A DNA stretch of 63,970 nucleotides, filler included, from Licmophora abbreviata (lineage: Eukaryota), in the NCBI GenBank assembly GCA_900291995.1. It is 12 parts of 12 records of this genome, joined end to end, with 100 filler letters (N's around TTAATTAATTAA, not from the genome) between each part and the next. Parts side by side here need not be neighbours in the genome. Positions count along the whole stretch, not along the records: positions 36,229 to 41,589 come from OLMU01004030.1; positions 41,690 to 44,713 come from OLMU01004031.1; positions 44,814 to 46,684 come from OLMU01004032.1; positions 46,785 to 57,624 come from OLMU01004034.1; 8 more parts are not named here. One strand, 5' to 3'. Below, one piece after another: positions 36,129-48,599 of this stretch. The notes under the pieces are model-generated. The model had not been told where the DNA came from and made no database searches. It worked only from the letters and a program-made list of their open reading frames with translations. How positions within the stretch are numbered: position 1 is the stretch's first letter; every line of letters begins with the position of its first letter. The position numbers and the translations under genes are program-made.

Positions 36129-36228
36129 NNNNNNNNNNNNNNNNNNNNNNNNNNNNNNNNNNNNNNNNNNNNTTAATTAATTAANNNNNNNNNNNNNNNN
36201 NNNNNNNNNNNNNNNNNNNNNNNNNNNN
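36129..36228. other. Assembly spacer
   Basis: N-run with TTAATTAATTAA. Confidence 0.98.
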
Positions 36229-36427
36229 GCGAATACAATGGCGGCACATGCTAGCTGGAAGTTATAGCATGTTAAGACTACAGTAATCAATTGGAAAAAA
36301 TGACGAGGTATCTTGTACAGAACCATACCGACTCAAGCCGCCATTCAGTAGTGCCCCCACCCGAAACTCTCCGTTACCACCAATCCATACCACCAGGTAC
36401 CTAGTATCTACCCTACAAGAAACGCAC

Positions 36428-37682
36428 CTATGAGGACGACTCGGCTTGCTTCCCACGGTACCTCTTGCATTCGTCTACGAGCCAGCCAACTGCTTCTTCC
36501 GGAGTTCCCTGCATGACACCATGTCCCAAGTTGAGCAAGTGCTTGTTTCCAGGTCCACCTGCCTTGTCAATACAGTCCCGTACTGCCTCTTCAATCTGTT
36601 CTTTGCTTCCAAACAAGATTGTAGGATCAATGTTACCAGAGATCGCTATGTCCGGTCCAAGAATCTGTCTCGCTTGCGCCATGTCGACAGCCCAATCCAC
36701 CGCAATCATGTCGCATCCCATGTCACGCTGGAGTTCCAAATATGCCGATCCTCCGTTGGCGAAGTAGATGACTGGCGTGTCGGGGTACTTGCTCTTGATG
36801 ATTTCAATTGCTTTCTGCGCAGCAGGCTTGGCAAAGTTTTCAAACTGCTTGGGGGACATTTGATGCGCCCAGCTCTCAAAGACTTGAATGACTTGCGCGC
36901 CGCACTCAATCTGGTGACAGGCATAGTTGCCAATCATGGTGGCAAGCTTGTCCAGAAACATGGACATACACTTGTTGTCGCCAGTGGCGTCAGTCATCAT
37001 GAGTTTCTTGGTTTTCAAACAGTGCTTGCTGCTCTTGCCCTCAATAGTGTAAGCCGCGAGGGTGAACGGGGCACCTACAAATCCAATCAAGGAGGTATCA
37101 GCCTCTTCCGCTTCCTTGGAAAGAGCAGAAAGTGTCTCACGAATAAATGGAACGGTCTCGTCAAAGTCAATGTTTTCCACATCCGGCATGTTCTCAACGT
37201 CTTGTTCCGTTTCCACCTTGGTACTGAATTACGGGCCCAGTCCCCTTGATGACATCAAAATCAATGCCAAGAGTCGGCAGAGGCGTCAGAATATCACTAA
37301 ACATGATAATTCCATCCATACCGTACGCACGGTGACACTGCAGCGACAACTCAATCGCCATGGACGGCGTTTCGCTGCGCTCCCGAAAGGGATAGACATC
37401 ACTGTACTTGCGAAAGTCTGCCATATAGCGTCCCGCCTGTCGCATCAACCAGACGGGCGTGCGTTCCGTCTGTTCGCCGCGAGCGGATCGTACCAAGATG
37501 TCGCGATCTGACGCTGCCGCAGCGGCTGTAGCAGCAGTTTCGGGCTCGGCGGCGGTCGACATGCGCCGAGCCGTCGATTGGCGGGAAACCAATCCAGCAC
37601 CGAACGCCTTGCTCTTGGACGGCACAAAGGCGTTCGCTGTCGTGACATACAGCACCGCCAGTAGGATCAGAGTGAATTTCAT
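36428..37682 (-). CDS. hemE: Plastid uroporphyrinogen decarboxylase; one-base frameshift at about 37227
   Basis: [21 protein letters not shown] presequence; [40 protein letters not shown] and NLGHG motifs. Confidence 0.93.
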
Positions 37683-38111
37683 GATGAAGCTGGTGATTCC
37701 AAAAGTCACAAGAGTCGCAGTACGGGCAAGAGCTCTTCGACAACACCACTAACAGGAGTATGATATGTATGATATAGACTGTGTTGCCTCCGAGTGGAAG
37801 AAAAGTGTGATGAAAATGGCATCCATTAAAAAATCAGGACTTCAACTTCCGGGTTTGGCGTGTCTTCAATTCTAGAAACGTACTGGTAGTTTGTGTACAA
37901 CACTCGTATGTGAAGTCTACGTGACTCTCAGTACAAAATGGGGCTAAGCGAGAGCCGCTCGCGACGCACCTATAGTTTCTTGTCACTTGTCACTTGGCAT
38001 CATGAACATCGACTCAACTTGACTGACTCGGTTTTGGATATACTGCGACCTTTCTTGCCATCGCTCTCGTACTTTGACTCCCGCTGGTGTCTCCTTGAAC
38101 TGCCCCCAGCT

Positions 38112-41026
38112 ATGGTATCGAGCTTCTCCTCAACGGGGTCGCGCTCTGGCGTCGCCAGAATAAAAATGCTCCTCTTTCTCGTTAGTTTGGAATCGTTCTG
38201 CCCTACATCATCATCACTACAGCAGCTGGCATCCTCACGCTCATTATGTCCCAGCGTGCCTCATCAGAGCTACACAGGCTTCATCCATGTACCTTCGAGA
38301 CAACCTCTTGATTTCGGCGCGAGCAGAAGAAGGAGGAGACGGCGGTGGCATCATGGCATTCCGCTGGCCGCGTCTGAAGATGATGGCGAAGAAAGCAGCA
38401 GTACTACAAGTAGTAGTACTGGAAGCAGTAGAGCTACTGTGGAGAATACGTACTCCGCCAAGTTTCTCGATGACAATGGACTCCAGCTCATGCTTGACTC
38501 GAATGGAAGAGTCACCGCTAGGCCACGAGCCAAAAAGGAAAAGAAACAAGAGAGGAAAGGAGAGAGTGGTAGCAGAACAAATGCCGATCTTGGGGGGGCG
38601 ACTGTCACACAAGACAAGCGTAATAGTACTGCTGCTTTGCAACTGCAAAATGAAACAGTGTCAAGAAAACCTCGTGAAGCAGTCACGACACCACCAGAAG
38701 CAACGTCAATACATCCGGTATCGTCTGCGCGTCCGATCAAGGAACTCCCGACGCCGAATCCGACCGCTTCCGAATTCAACGTGGTACTGACGCACTGTAC
38801 GGCTGATTTTGATTCATTGGCAAGCGCTGTGGGGCTGGCCAAGCTATGGCAACAAGAAGAGAATGACCGTCATGGCGGCGGTGATGATGAAGATAAGGAT
38901 ACTGTCGAGACTGGCACGGGGGGCCATCATCCGGACATAACTCCCACGTTTGTGGTGCTTCCACGAGGAGCCCATCCCGGTGTACAGCGTTTTCTAGCCC
39001 TGCACAAGTACTTGTTTCCCATCCGGTCACTTCGATCCTTACCAGATCTTTCTGGTTTGAATCGGCTTGGTCTCGTTGACGCCCAACGGCGTGATCGACT
39101 CGGTCCAGCGGAACATCTACTGGGCGAGGCCAAGGAAGTGGTCATTCTCGACCATCACGTGGATACGGAAAGTGACATTCCGGAAGCGACCGACTTTGTA
39201 GTCGATCAAGTTGGCAGTGTGTCTACGCTTGTAGTGGAGCGACTGCAGTCTGCAGAAATGGAAATCTCGGAGGCAGAGGCGACATTGCTAGCTCTCGGTA
39301 TCCATGCTGATACAGGGTCGTTGCGGTACGAAGCGACCACGTCTCGTGATGTGGCAGCTCTACTATGGGTAATGCAACAGGGCGCTAGCCAATCTGCTCT
39401 TGCGGAGCATGCTAAGTCTAGTCTGTCTCCAGAACAGCAAGGCGTCTTGACACAGGCTCTCATCAATACCAATTCGACCAAAGTGCACGGCGTGACGGTC
39501 TCGACCGTATTGCTAGGAGCCGATGGGTTTATCAATGGACTCGCATCCGTCACAACGGACGCGCTAGAACTGAGCACGTCGGATATCTTTCTCCTTTCGC
39601 TCGTGTACGAAGCGCGATCCGGCGGATCTTCCAAACGTCGTGGAGAAGGTGTCGTAAAGTCGCAATTGCTGAAGGAACGACGACAGCAGCACAGCGCACA
39701 GTCCGGTATTAACAGTACTACCATGGAAGAAGCGTGGATGGGTGGGAAGGAAGCACTACGGCGGCGAAGGCTACGAGCCGCATTTGATCGAAAAGACATG
39801 GACGGGTCGGGGTATCTGGAAAAGAATGAAATTGCCGCGGCTCTCGCCACGTCGGGAGTAGTTGCGTCCGAGGTACGGTCGAGCGACTGGACATGCTGCA
39901 TTGAGGTCATGCTTGCATATTGAATACGTGAACTCATGCCACTTGTTACTCTATCGTGAATTTCACACATTCACTTCTCCTTACCTCTCTCCAAGACAAC
40001 AATCAACTCGATTTTTGAAGGAATCGACTTGGACGGCAATGGCCAGATCGACTTTGAGGAGTTTGTGGCCTTTTCGCAAGACGCCGAAAAGCTCGCGGAC
40101 GACCACAAAAACTCGGGACGTCGCGCATCGACCATGATTATCATTGGACGCGTGCGTGCGGGAGTCAACACGAAGCAAGTGAAACTGAACAAGGTATTTG
40201 AAAAGTATGGTGGGGGTGGTCACCCGCAGGCAGCATCTGCCACAGTCCGACTGAGCGATGAGAGTGAAGCGGAAGGAATTCTGGAAGGACTTGTCGATGA
40301 GCTCATTGAGACTGGCCTGTTGGAACAGCCGAGGGTCGGAGATTTCATGACAGCACCCGTGCTGTCTGCGAGTCCCGATATGTCGGAAAAGCAAGTGGAA
40401 GATCTCTTCACACGGTACGAGATTCGGGCGTTGCCTGTGGTAGATGATGCCCTGAACATTATTGGGTTGGTAACATACAAGGAGGTTGCTGCCGCCAAGC
40501 AACGATTGTGGAACAAGGAGCAGAAACGATTACGGCAGGAGGCTGCTAGTAGTAAGAAGTCTGGGACAAAACGTGATGCGAGCAAGCAACGAGAAAGATC
40601 AGCTGACGCAGACATGATTGCTAGAAAACGAAAAAGTGGTAGCGCTCTAAAGGGTTGGATGAAGCAGCACGTTCAGACGGTGGAAGTCAGCATGACCATG
40701 GCCGAGGTGGAAGCACTCCTGTTAGAAACCGACGGTAAGTTCCCTATCCTAGTCGTGTAAACTGTGTTCTTGCTTTTTCAACGCTCTCACACAATGTGCC
40801 ATGATGTATTACTTTATGTGGTTGCACAGTCGGTTGTATCCCAGTCGTCGCCGATGGGACGAAACAGCTTGTAGGCATGGTAACGAGGACGGATCTGTTG
40901 CGCCAACACCGGTACTACTCCTCGCTGCACTACCACAACAAGGGGTTTTCCGATTCCATTGCAGCAAGACAACCCATCATTGAACTACGGAAGAAGCTAA
41001 AGCAATTTGATATTGAAGACGAGTGA
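38112..41026 (+). CDS. DHH/DHHA1 phosphoesterase with inserted EF-hand pair and C-terminal CBS pair (introns 39873-39995, 40735-40829)
   Basis: DHH motifs THCTADFDSLAS, LVDAQ, ILDHH, GIHADTG and GGGGHPQAASA. EF loops DRKDMDGSGYLE and DLDGNGQIDFEEF. CBS motifs VGDFMT..LPVVD..IIGLVT and IPVV..LVGMVTRTDLL. The start codon is uncertain (38112 or 38166). Confidence 0.88.
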
Positions 41027-41506
41027 GGGCCGAGTTTTGACAGTGTCACCAGTGCAGGTACACGTTTCGTACAGATTGGATAAAGTAAGAGATAGCATCC
41101 TTCGTCTATCATGCAACTAACTACCTTAGTTTTCTAGCTAGAGTAGGCGTAGATACTGTCGCTAACGAGATCGTCCTCAGGATAGACCGGCCATGATGCG
41201 CCGTTTGCTGCGTCGCAATCTCATGGTTCCTACGCCGGTACGAGTATCCGTGTTTCGCGACTGCGCACGCCGTTCACGCGGGATTCGCGACTCGCGAACT
41301 CAACACTTCACATCATCGTCTCTCAACGCCTCCCTCCTCTCTTGGGAAGACACAAAAAGACACTCAGTCTAGTATATCCTAGAATAGTCTAGCACCACGA
41401 TCGCATTGTGTTCTGTAGTAGCACACAAACTCTCTGTTTGACTTGAGAGAGACGGTTGAGAGTACAGAAATAGAAATCCGGGATTTCTAATTTCTGTTTT
41501 TTGAGA

Positions 41507-44272
41507 ATGAAAAAAGTGACGAGCAAGGATGAGCGTGACAATGAGCACGACTACGGCGCTGCTGCTGCCGTGACAGACACGACTGCAGANNNNNNNNNNN
41601 NNNNNNNNNNNNNNNNNNNNNNNNNNNNNNNNNTTAATTAATTAANNNNNNNNNNNNNNNNNNNNNNNNNNNNNNNNNNNNNNNNNNNNAACGCAGCATC
41701 GAGCAAGCCCCAAACTGTGGTTTCGGAATTCGGCAAGACTGCGGGGCAATCAAACACGTTCTCCTTGTCCTTGTCCTTGCCGCAAGAAGAAAGACCTTCT
41801 GGGGAGAGGGAACAACGTACTACTGCCTCTAGCAGTGGCAGTCCTCTAAAAAAGAAACCACCGTCGGCACAAGATCGACCTGCTGTCGTTGTACCGGGCA
41901 AGGCAAAGAATAAGACGACCGCACGGCCTATCATTAAGAGGACGAGTCAAGCACGAACTGCACTGTCTAGCGTGTCGAGAACGAAGTCTTCGAGCTCGCA
42001 GGAGAAAGATGATGGGAATGACGAGGATGAATTCGTCGTGGTGAGCAACACGATGCCCTCGTCGCTCTTTGCCATCAACGACCCTCCTTCTTCTACTGCT
42101 ACGCGTCCTCCTAAAAGTGATGCTTCATCGCAACCATCACTGCCAACACCTGCGTCCTCCGTATCACTCATGACAGATCACGACATGGAGATATGTCAGC
42201 GTTTGGACGAAGAGTACGAGCGCGCCTTGGAGGAACGCGAGATTGGCTACAATGCCCGCTACGACAGTGTGCGACAATCGGCAGCCGGGTCCATCATTTT
42301 CATGGTTCTCTACATGACACTTGGAACTGTCTTCTTTACGCAAGCGGCAGGGTGGCAAGTTCACGAAGCTCTCTTCTTTTCCATTTATACCATTACGACA
42401 GTTGGCTATGGGAGCGATAAGAACATTCCGAGGACTCCGGGATTTCAGATTTACACCATTTTTTATATCTTTGTGGGCATTGCCACCTTGACCATCATGG
42501 TGGCACAAGTCTATCAGTGTATTGCCTTGGAAGCGTCGCGGGCGCAGCATAGAAGAGATCGGGCGGAACTGGCGGGGCGAAGTCAGGATCTGTGGAATGA
42601 TAACGAGGACAATCGGTTTCGTCGAGATGGAATTATGAAGACGAGTAGCATACATGACAACGATCATCGTTCATCCGAGGGGTCGCCCGGGCTACGACGC
42701 AAGTCGTCGACGCGGGAGCACACGAGGATGGAGTGGGGGTGGGGTAACAGCAACAACAACAGCGGCGGCGGCAGCAATGACAATATCACCATGGGAAGAG
42801 GAGAAACTTGGGTCGACAAGTGCATACGGATATATGAGCGCACCAAACACTTTCTGCGCGACACCCAGTCAGGACGAGCCGTATCATCGCTCTTGCCCTT
42901 TGGCGGACTCATTTTGATTGGTGCCATTGTCGTTGGACCGATCGAAGGATGGACGGTTGTAGAGTCCCTGTACTTTGCATGCGTGTCATTGACCACCGTC
43001 GGGTACGGTGATACGATTCCAACGCGGCTCGCCAGTATATGGTTCTGCATCTTTTGGTTGCCCTTTAGCGTCGGCTTTATGAGTTTGTACTTGACCAACG
43101 TGGCAAGATTCTATATTCGACTGAGCGACACGAATATTCAGAGGCTGGAACGACAAATGCGAAGGCGACTGCAGACGGCGAAGCAAGAAGCTGAAGTAGA
43201 ACGTGCTGCGGTCTTGCGACGGGCCTATCGTCTCCAACAACACGACGGAGGGCCGGGGGCAGCTGCCTCTGAAGTTGCCATGGGGGCTGCTACGGATGAC
43301 GACGACGATGACGGCGAATCGTTGGGCTCATCCGAGGCGGAAGATTTCTCTCCTAGACAAACGGGAGGCGGTGCGAGAGCGTCGAGATCAAAGTCGCTGG
43401 CAAATCGAGTGGCCAGCCAGTTCGGGTTTGAACCACTCGCTGCACAGGACGTGAATGGGCTTGATACGAGTGAACAAGACTTGCCGATGGACTCGCCTGA
43501 AGCGTTGGAGGTGCTGGGGCAGCAGCGGCGAGAGCGTATTCTCCAGGAGAGCAACTTTGCTTTCGATGGTAACCCTCGTGTTGGCGACAGTTTGACCACG
43601 ATGGGTGATATACTGCGAACGGTCCGGGAACATGTAGTGACAGAAAGTGACGTGGGACAGTCCTACGGAGACACGAATCATTCAATCCGTGGTCGCCCTG
43701 AGAGTCAGTTCATGTCGATCAAGTCCAATGATTTGATGTCTCGTGCAACTGTGCGGCAGCGGCCTTTAGCGAAAAGCGAAAAGAAACCTTCATTTGCCCT
43801 GCGCGTACTGGTGCAAGAACGATTTGCCGAGATCATCGCGACAGAAGTGGCCGGTTTCCAGTCGAACCTTGAGCTAGAAGAAAACACTCTTTCGGTAACG
43901 ATTGATACGTTGCGTCGGACTGCCGACAAGTGGCTCGTGCCGCGACGTGCACAGAAAGCCTTCCGCGCAGTCGCCTTTGAAGCAATATACTTTGTCGGAG
44001 AGCATAGCTTGATTACTCGAGGAGCGAACGCACTATACGATCTTGGACCCTTCGAGTTTCATGGTCTGTTTGCCCCACTGCTTGCGGCGCTGGGTGATGC
44101 TGAAACTATGGAAGGTTGGCTGGCGAGTACAAACGTCCTGGCGGACGTGGACCTCCAAAGGTACGGTGAGAGCAGAAAGCGATCGGAAACCAGAAAGAAG
44201 GCCGCGGCTGCTCGTGTACAAAGGAGCGGGTCGGATAGTAGTGCCCCTGACGCCCAGGGGTCGATTACGTGA
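41507..44272 (+). CDS. Two-pore-domain potassium channel (TPK/K2P-like); N-terminus interrupted by gap
   Basis: Two pore loops, TITTVGYG and SLTTVGYGD, each flanked by TM helices. The putative start MKKVTSKD at 41507, before the gap, is inferred. Confidence 0.88.
41590..41689. other. Assembly spacer
   Basis: N-run with TTAATTAATTAA. Confidence 0.98.
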
Positions 44273-44431
44273 TGGCATGAATAGGGAAAAATAGAGACGC
44301 CAGTTTGGAATCAATAAATGTTTAAAACCGCTACTCGTTAATCAACATGTGTAAATTGTTTGTCACGCTCAATGGGCAAGTGGATTATTCCCCCATCATC
44401 AGTACTCATCTTGCTCTGTCATCCGTGTCTC

Positions 44432-46684
44432 CTACGGATAGCACGCGTCACAGCAGCTGCACTCGAGGGTGCCACCAGAGTCAACGTTGCAATCAGCTGC
44501 CAAGAATTCCAATTTGGCATCGGTAGTCAGCTTGCAAACTTGCTCCGGAACCGTTCCCGCCATGTTGTTCCTGTAGACCTTAACCATGCTCAGCTTCTCC
44601 AGCGAGCCAAATTGAGTCGGAATATTTCCGGTAAGCTCATTGTCCTGGAACTCCAGCTTTTCAAGCTTGAAGCACTGCGCCAATTCCGTCGGGATCGAAC
44701 CATGAATCTTGTTNNNNNNNNNNNNNNNNNNNNNNNNNNNNNNNNNNNNNNNNNNNNTTAATTAATTAANNNNNNNNNNNNNNNNNNNNNNNNNNNNNNN
44801 NNNNNNNNNNNNNTCCATATTTCCAAATTGAGAAGGAATTTCACCCTCAAGCCTATTGTTGAACAAGTACATGGTCTGGACGTCACGAAGGTTGCCAAGA
44901 TTTCGTGGGATCGTTCCCTCGAAGTAGTTGTTGTCCAGATACAGGATCTTGAGATCGTCCAGAGCTTCAATGGAGTCAGGAATAACACCTCGGAATTTAT
45001 TCTTGTAGAGATGAAGCTCCTCTAGACGAGGGGTTCTGTCAAAAACTTCTGGGACGGTCCCGCTAAACTCGTTGTCGTCAAGGTACAGGAGTTGCAACTT
45101 CTGCATCCAGTGGAACTCAATCGGAAGAGTTCCGTTCAACATGTTCTGTCGGAGCCTGAAATCAACCATTTCTGTCATGTAGCGAATGTCATCACTGAGC
45201 GTTCCCGTCAACTCGTTGTCGTCGAGGTAAAGAATGAGCAAGCTCTTCAGATCCCATAAGTAAGGAATCGTGCCGGAAAAGTAGCACTCATCCAAGCCCA
45301 AACCACGCAAGTTCGTCAACTTGTTGAGTTGAGAGGGGATGGTACCCGTCATGCGATTGGTTCCCAAGTAGAGATCCTTCAGCAGGGTAAGCTCTCCAAG
45401 CTGCGTCGGCAATGTGCCGGTAAGATCGTTCTCTTCGAGGTACAGGGCGGCTGTAGCGCAGCAACAATATTACAACGTAAACTCCAGTTAGAACACGGTC
45501 CAAAGATGCTACCAGCCAGTTGCCGATTTCCACCATCCGGTACTTACTCAAATATCGAAACTTGGTGAGGCTCAAAGGAATCGTGCCTTCCAAATCATTC
45601 TTGCCCAGATCTAACGACACCAAGTTCTCCAGAGCAATCAACTCTGACGGGATTGTGCCACGCACATTGTTGGCCGTCAAGTTCAAATGAATGATATCAC
45701 TGTTTTCATTGTAGTGCATCACCTCCTGTCCCTCATGCAAATGAGGAGGACACGAGACTCCAAACCACATGCAAATGCCTTTGTCCGTCATCCAGTAGTC
45801 CATCTCGTTCCATTCCTCCTGGGCTACGCCTTCACCCGCCCCTTCGTCATTGAATTCGCTGCGCACGTAAGTGGAAAAGAAGAAGGTGGCAGCGCATAGC
45901 GCTGCAAGAGGGCGTCGTCATCGGGAGCGAGCTTGGCAGGATCGTCGTCGGTCATCCAGCGTGCGGCTAGGTTCTGTGCCGTTCCCTGGGTCGACAAATG
46001 TTCTTCACTGGTAAAGGCCGATTCGAGAATGACTTGACGAATGGAATTGTACCGTTCCATGTTGACGACCTGGTCCGGGGCGGTAGGTCCCACCGCGTCC
46101 GGAGCACCACTGCCATTGTCGCTGTTGTTGCTCTTGACGAGAGCAACAACGGAAAAGGTAAATAGACCGAGTGTACCAAGAGTGGCCAAGACGATGACGA
46201 ATCGCTTGCGCGTGCATCCTTGACAGGAGAAGAATGCGACAAAGTACTCGAGCAAGAGAGCGAAGCACCCGACAAAGGTATGAAAGACCGCCAGACAGCA
46301 GTCACCGATGCAAGAGAATCGTGATCCTCCTTCATGACGACGTGACTGAAACTCGACGTCTTCCAAGTACTCTTCTGCTTCCGTGGCAGGCGAAGCGTCG
46401 CTGTGCCACATGGAGTGACGGCGAGGAGCCAGGTTGACGGGCTGGGCTTCCGTACCGGTGCGAGCCGAGAAGCGAGGCAAGCTGCCCATGATGCGCGATC
46501 CAATTCCACCTCTACTGCTGGAAGTAGAAGGCATCATGAATCCATGGTCGTCATCCGCGGACGACATGAGATTGATGTTCTGGTTTGCATCCGAGGGACT
46601 GCTGCCAGTTCCTACAAACTGACGTCCTCCAGGAGGACTCTGGCAGTCTTCTTCATCTTCGTCCCAGAGAAAGCGCCGAGCGCT
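44432..46684 (-). CDS. Type II membrane leucine-rich-repeat protein (intron 45451-45547, internal gap, frameshift at about 45890, 5' end lost in gap)
   Basis: Single TM helix, LQRYAL motif, CMWFGVSC cap, plant-type LxLxxNxLxGTIP repeats and C-terminal ADC...CSCCDAC. Confidence 0.88.
44714..44813. other. Assembly spacer (inside LRR gene)
   Basis: N-run with TTAATTAATTAA. Confidence 0.98.
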
Positions 46685-46784
46685 NNNNNNNNNNNNNNNN
46701 NNNNNNNNNNNNNNNNNNNNNNNNNNNNTTAATTAATTAANNNNNNNNNNNNNNNNNNNNNNNNNNNNNNNNNNNNNNNNNNNN
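46685..46784. other. Assembly spacer
   Basis: N-run with TTAATTAATTAA. Confidence 0.98.
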
Positions 46785-47262
46785 TCTTTCAGCCCGCGAT
46801 ATCGATGGAACGAACATTGACTTTAGTACGCTTCAAGGCAAGGTCACCATCGTTACCAATGTGGCAAGCTACTGTGGATACACCGAGTCGCATTATCGAG
46901 GTCTTGTTGAGTTGTGGAGTAGTATCAGTAGTACTACTAGTAGTGAGATGGTGACGATCTTGGCGTTTCCCTGCAATCAGTTTGGACGTCAGGAACCGGG
47001 TACTAATACTGAAATCAAACAATTTGCACGAAAAAAGGGAGTGGAATTTACCATGATGGACAAGGTGGATGTCAATGGAGCAAACGCGCACAAGGTCTTT
47101 CAATTTCTCAAGTACAAGACGCAGACCAAGGGTATCACATGGAACTTTGCAACCTACTTTGTCGTGGCACCCGATGGAACAACTGTTACGGCGCATGAGG
47201 GAGTGGAACCAATGGATCTCATGGAAGACGTGTTTGAGTTGCTCGGCAAGGATGAGCTTTAG
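46785..47262 (+). CDS. GPX: Cys-type glutathione peroxidase with KDEL ER-retention signal, 5' truncated
   Basis: GKVTIVTNVASYCGYT, ILAFPCNQFGRQEPG, ITWNF and C-terminal KDEL. Confidence 0.92.
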
Positions 47263-47341
47263 TAACTTGAAACTTGTATTGTAAAGCTAGCCTGCACGTC
47301 ATCGTCATTTTGAGGACTGTGAAATTAAAGCTCTCTCACTT

Positions 47342-48331
47342 TTAATTCAGATTGACAGCACAAATGCTACTCTTGAACCTCGACTTGTTGGTATCCGCAT
47401 TCTTATCCAACCTGGTATTGAAGGACACGTAGACGACCGTGTTTGTTTCCTCATCGTAAATACGTTGCACCCGCAAGGTTTTAAACAAGATCGATTTCGA
47501 TTCCTCAAAGACTTCTTCTCCACTGTTGCTCTTGTCAATCGTGTCGGCAATACTAACGCGCTTGTTCGTTTTGGCGCATCCGATTCCGGCATCGGAAGGG
47601 TCTGTGAAGAAGTCCTTGGTAAGGCGTTCTGTAATGGGACGTTGAAAATTGGAAATGTAGAGTGTGACTCCTTGGACCTGAAGGAGCGAGGGTGAATGTA
47701 AGAAGTAGTATGGAAGCAGGTTTATTATGAACACAACGTACACGATGTGTGGCATGAGAGGCGTCGCCGGCTGATATGGTGTGTCACTTACTTTGGGATC
47801 TTCGAAGGACTCCACGGTGAGCGTATCCTAAAGTAAGTGTGTGTGAGAGAAAGAGACGCGGTATGGAGAGTAAGAGAGTGTGCACATTGTGGACTTCATC
47901 AACTGCGAAATTAAAAAAAGACAAACCTTGAAGACGAGTCCACTGCCCCTGATTTCACCAATGACTCGACTGGAAGCGGCATGGGTGGGGGCAACAAAAG
48001 GTGGTGCAGCAGTGATGGAACAGCACAAGAGTGTCAGTGCGATTCCTGATGCAAGGGACTTTTTGAAGCGATCAAATGGGTGATGAATGCAATGTGGCTT
48101 CGGAACAGTCGCTGGCTTGTTAGTATTGACAGTCGCAGTGATGAGGTCATCACGTGATGGCATCATCATCATGCGACAAGGATGACGACTCGACTGCACC
48201 GTGCTGGACGGTTTCACGGTGAACCCCATGACATGATGAGGAGTCTGGAGTACCCCATTTAGGACACTACTGATCAGAGTCACACAGAAGAGCCACACAG
48301 GGAGCCGGCGTAGGAATGATTGCGTCGTCAT
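47342..48331 (-). CDS. CreA-family protein with long targeting presequence (introns 47828-47926, 47678-47791)
   Basis: Spliced GSGLVFK|DTLTVESFEDPK|VQGVTLYIS...DPSDAGIGC...EEVFEESKSILFKTLRVQRIYDEETNTVVYVS matches the CreA pattern. Confidence 0.8.
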
Positions 48332-48599
48332 GGTCCAAGAAAGACACTGCGGCGTCTCCTGTATTTTGGGAAGAGGATTTGATTTGAGTTTTAGATTTTG
48401 GATGCGAGTTGCGTGACGCATGCGACTTGCTATGTTTTTGGAAGCTCGTACCTCGCAATCTAAGGATATATGTGACGTGGTAATGACATTTTCTGTTTAA
48501 CGAAATCAAATTCAAATCGGTGTTCGGGTTGACAGAAGCACATCGCGCCACAAAATCATCCCACAAGGCAGTCAAGACACAAGCCTTTATACTTCGACC

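Noticed and set aside
46870..46880. Selenocysteine in the glutathione peroxidase
   Set aside because: The active-site codon is TGT (Cys), not TGA.
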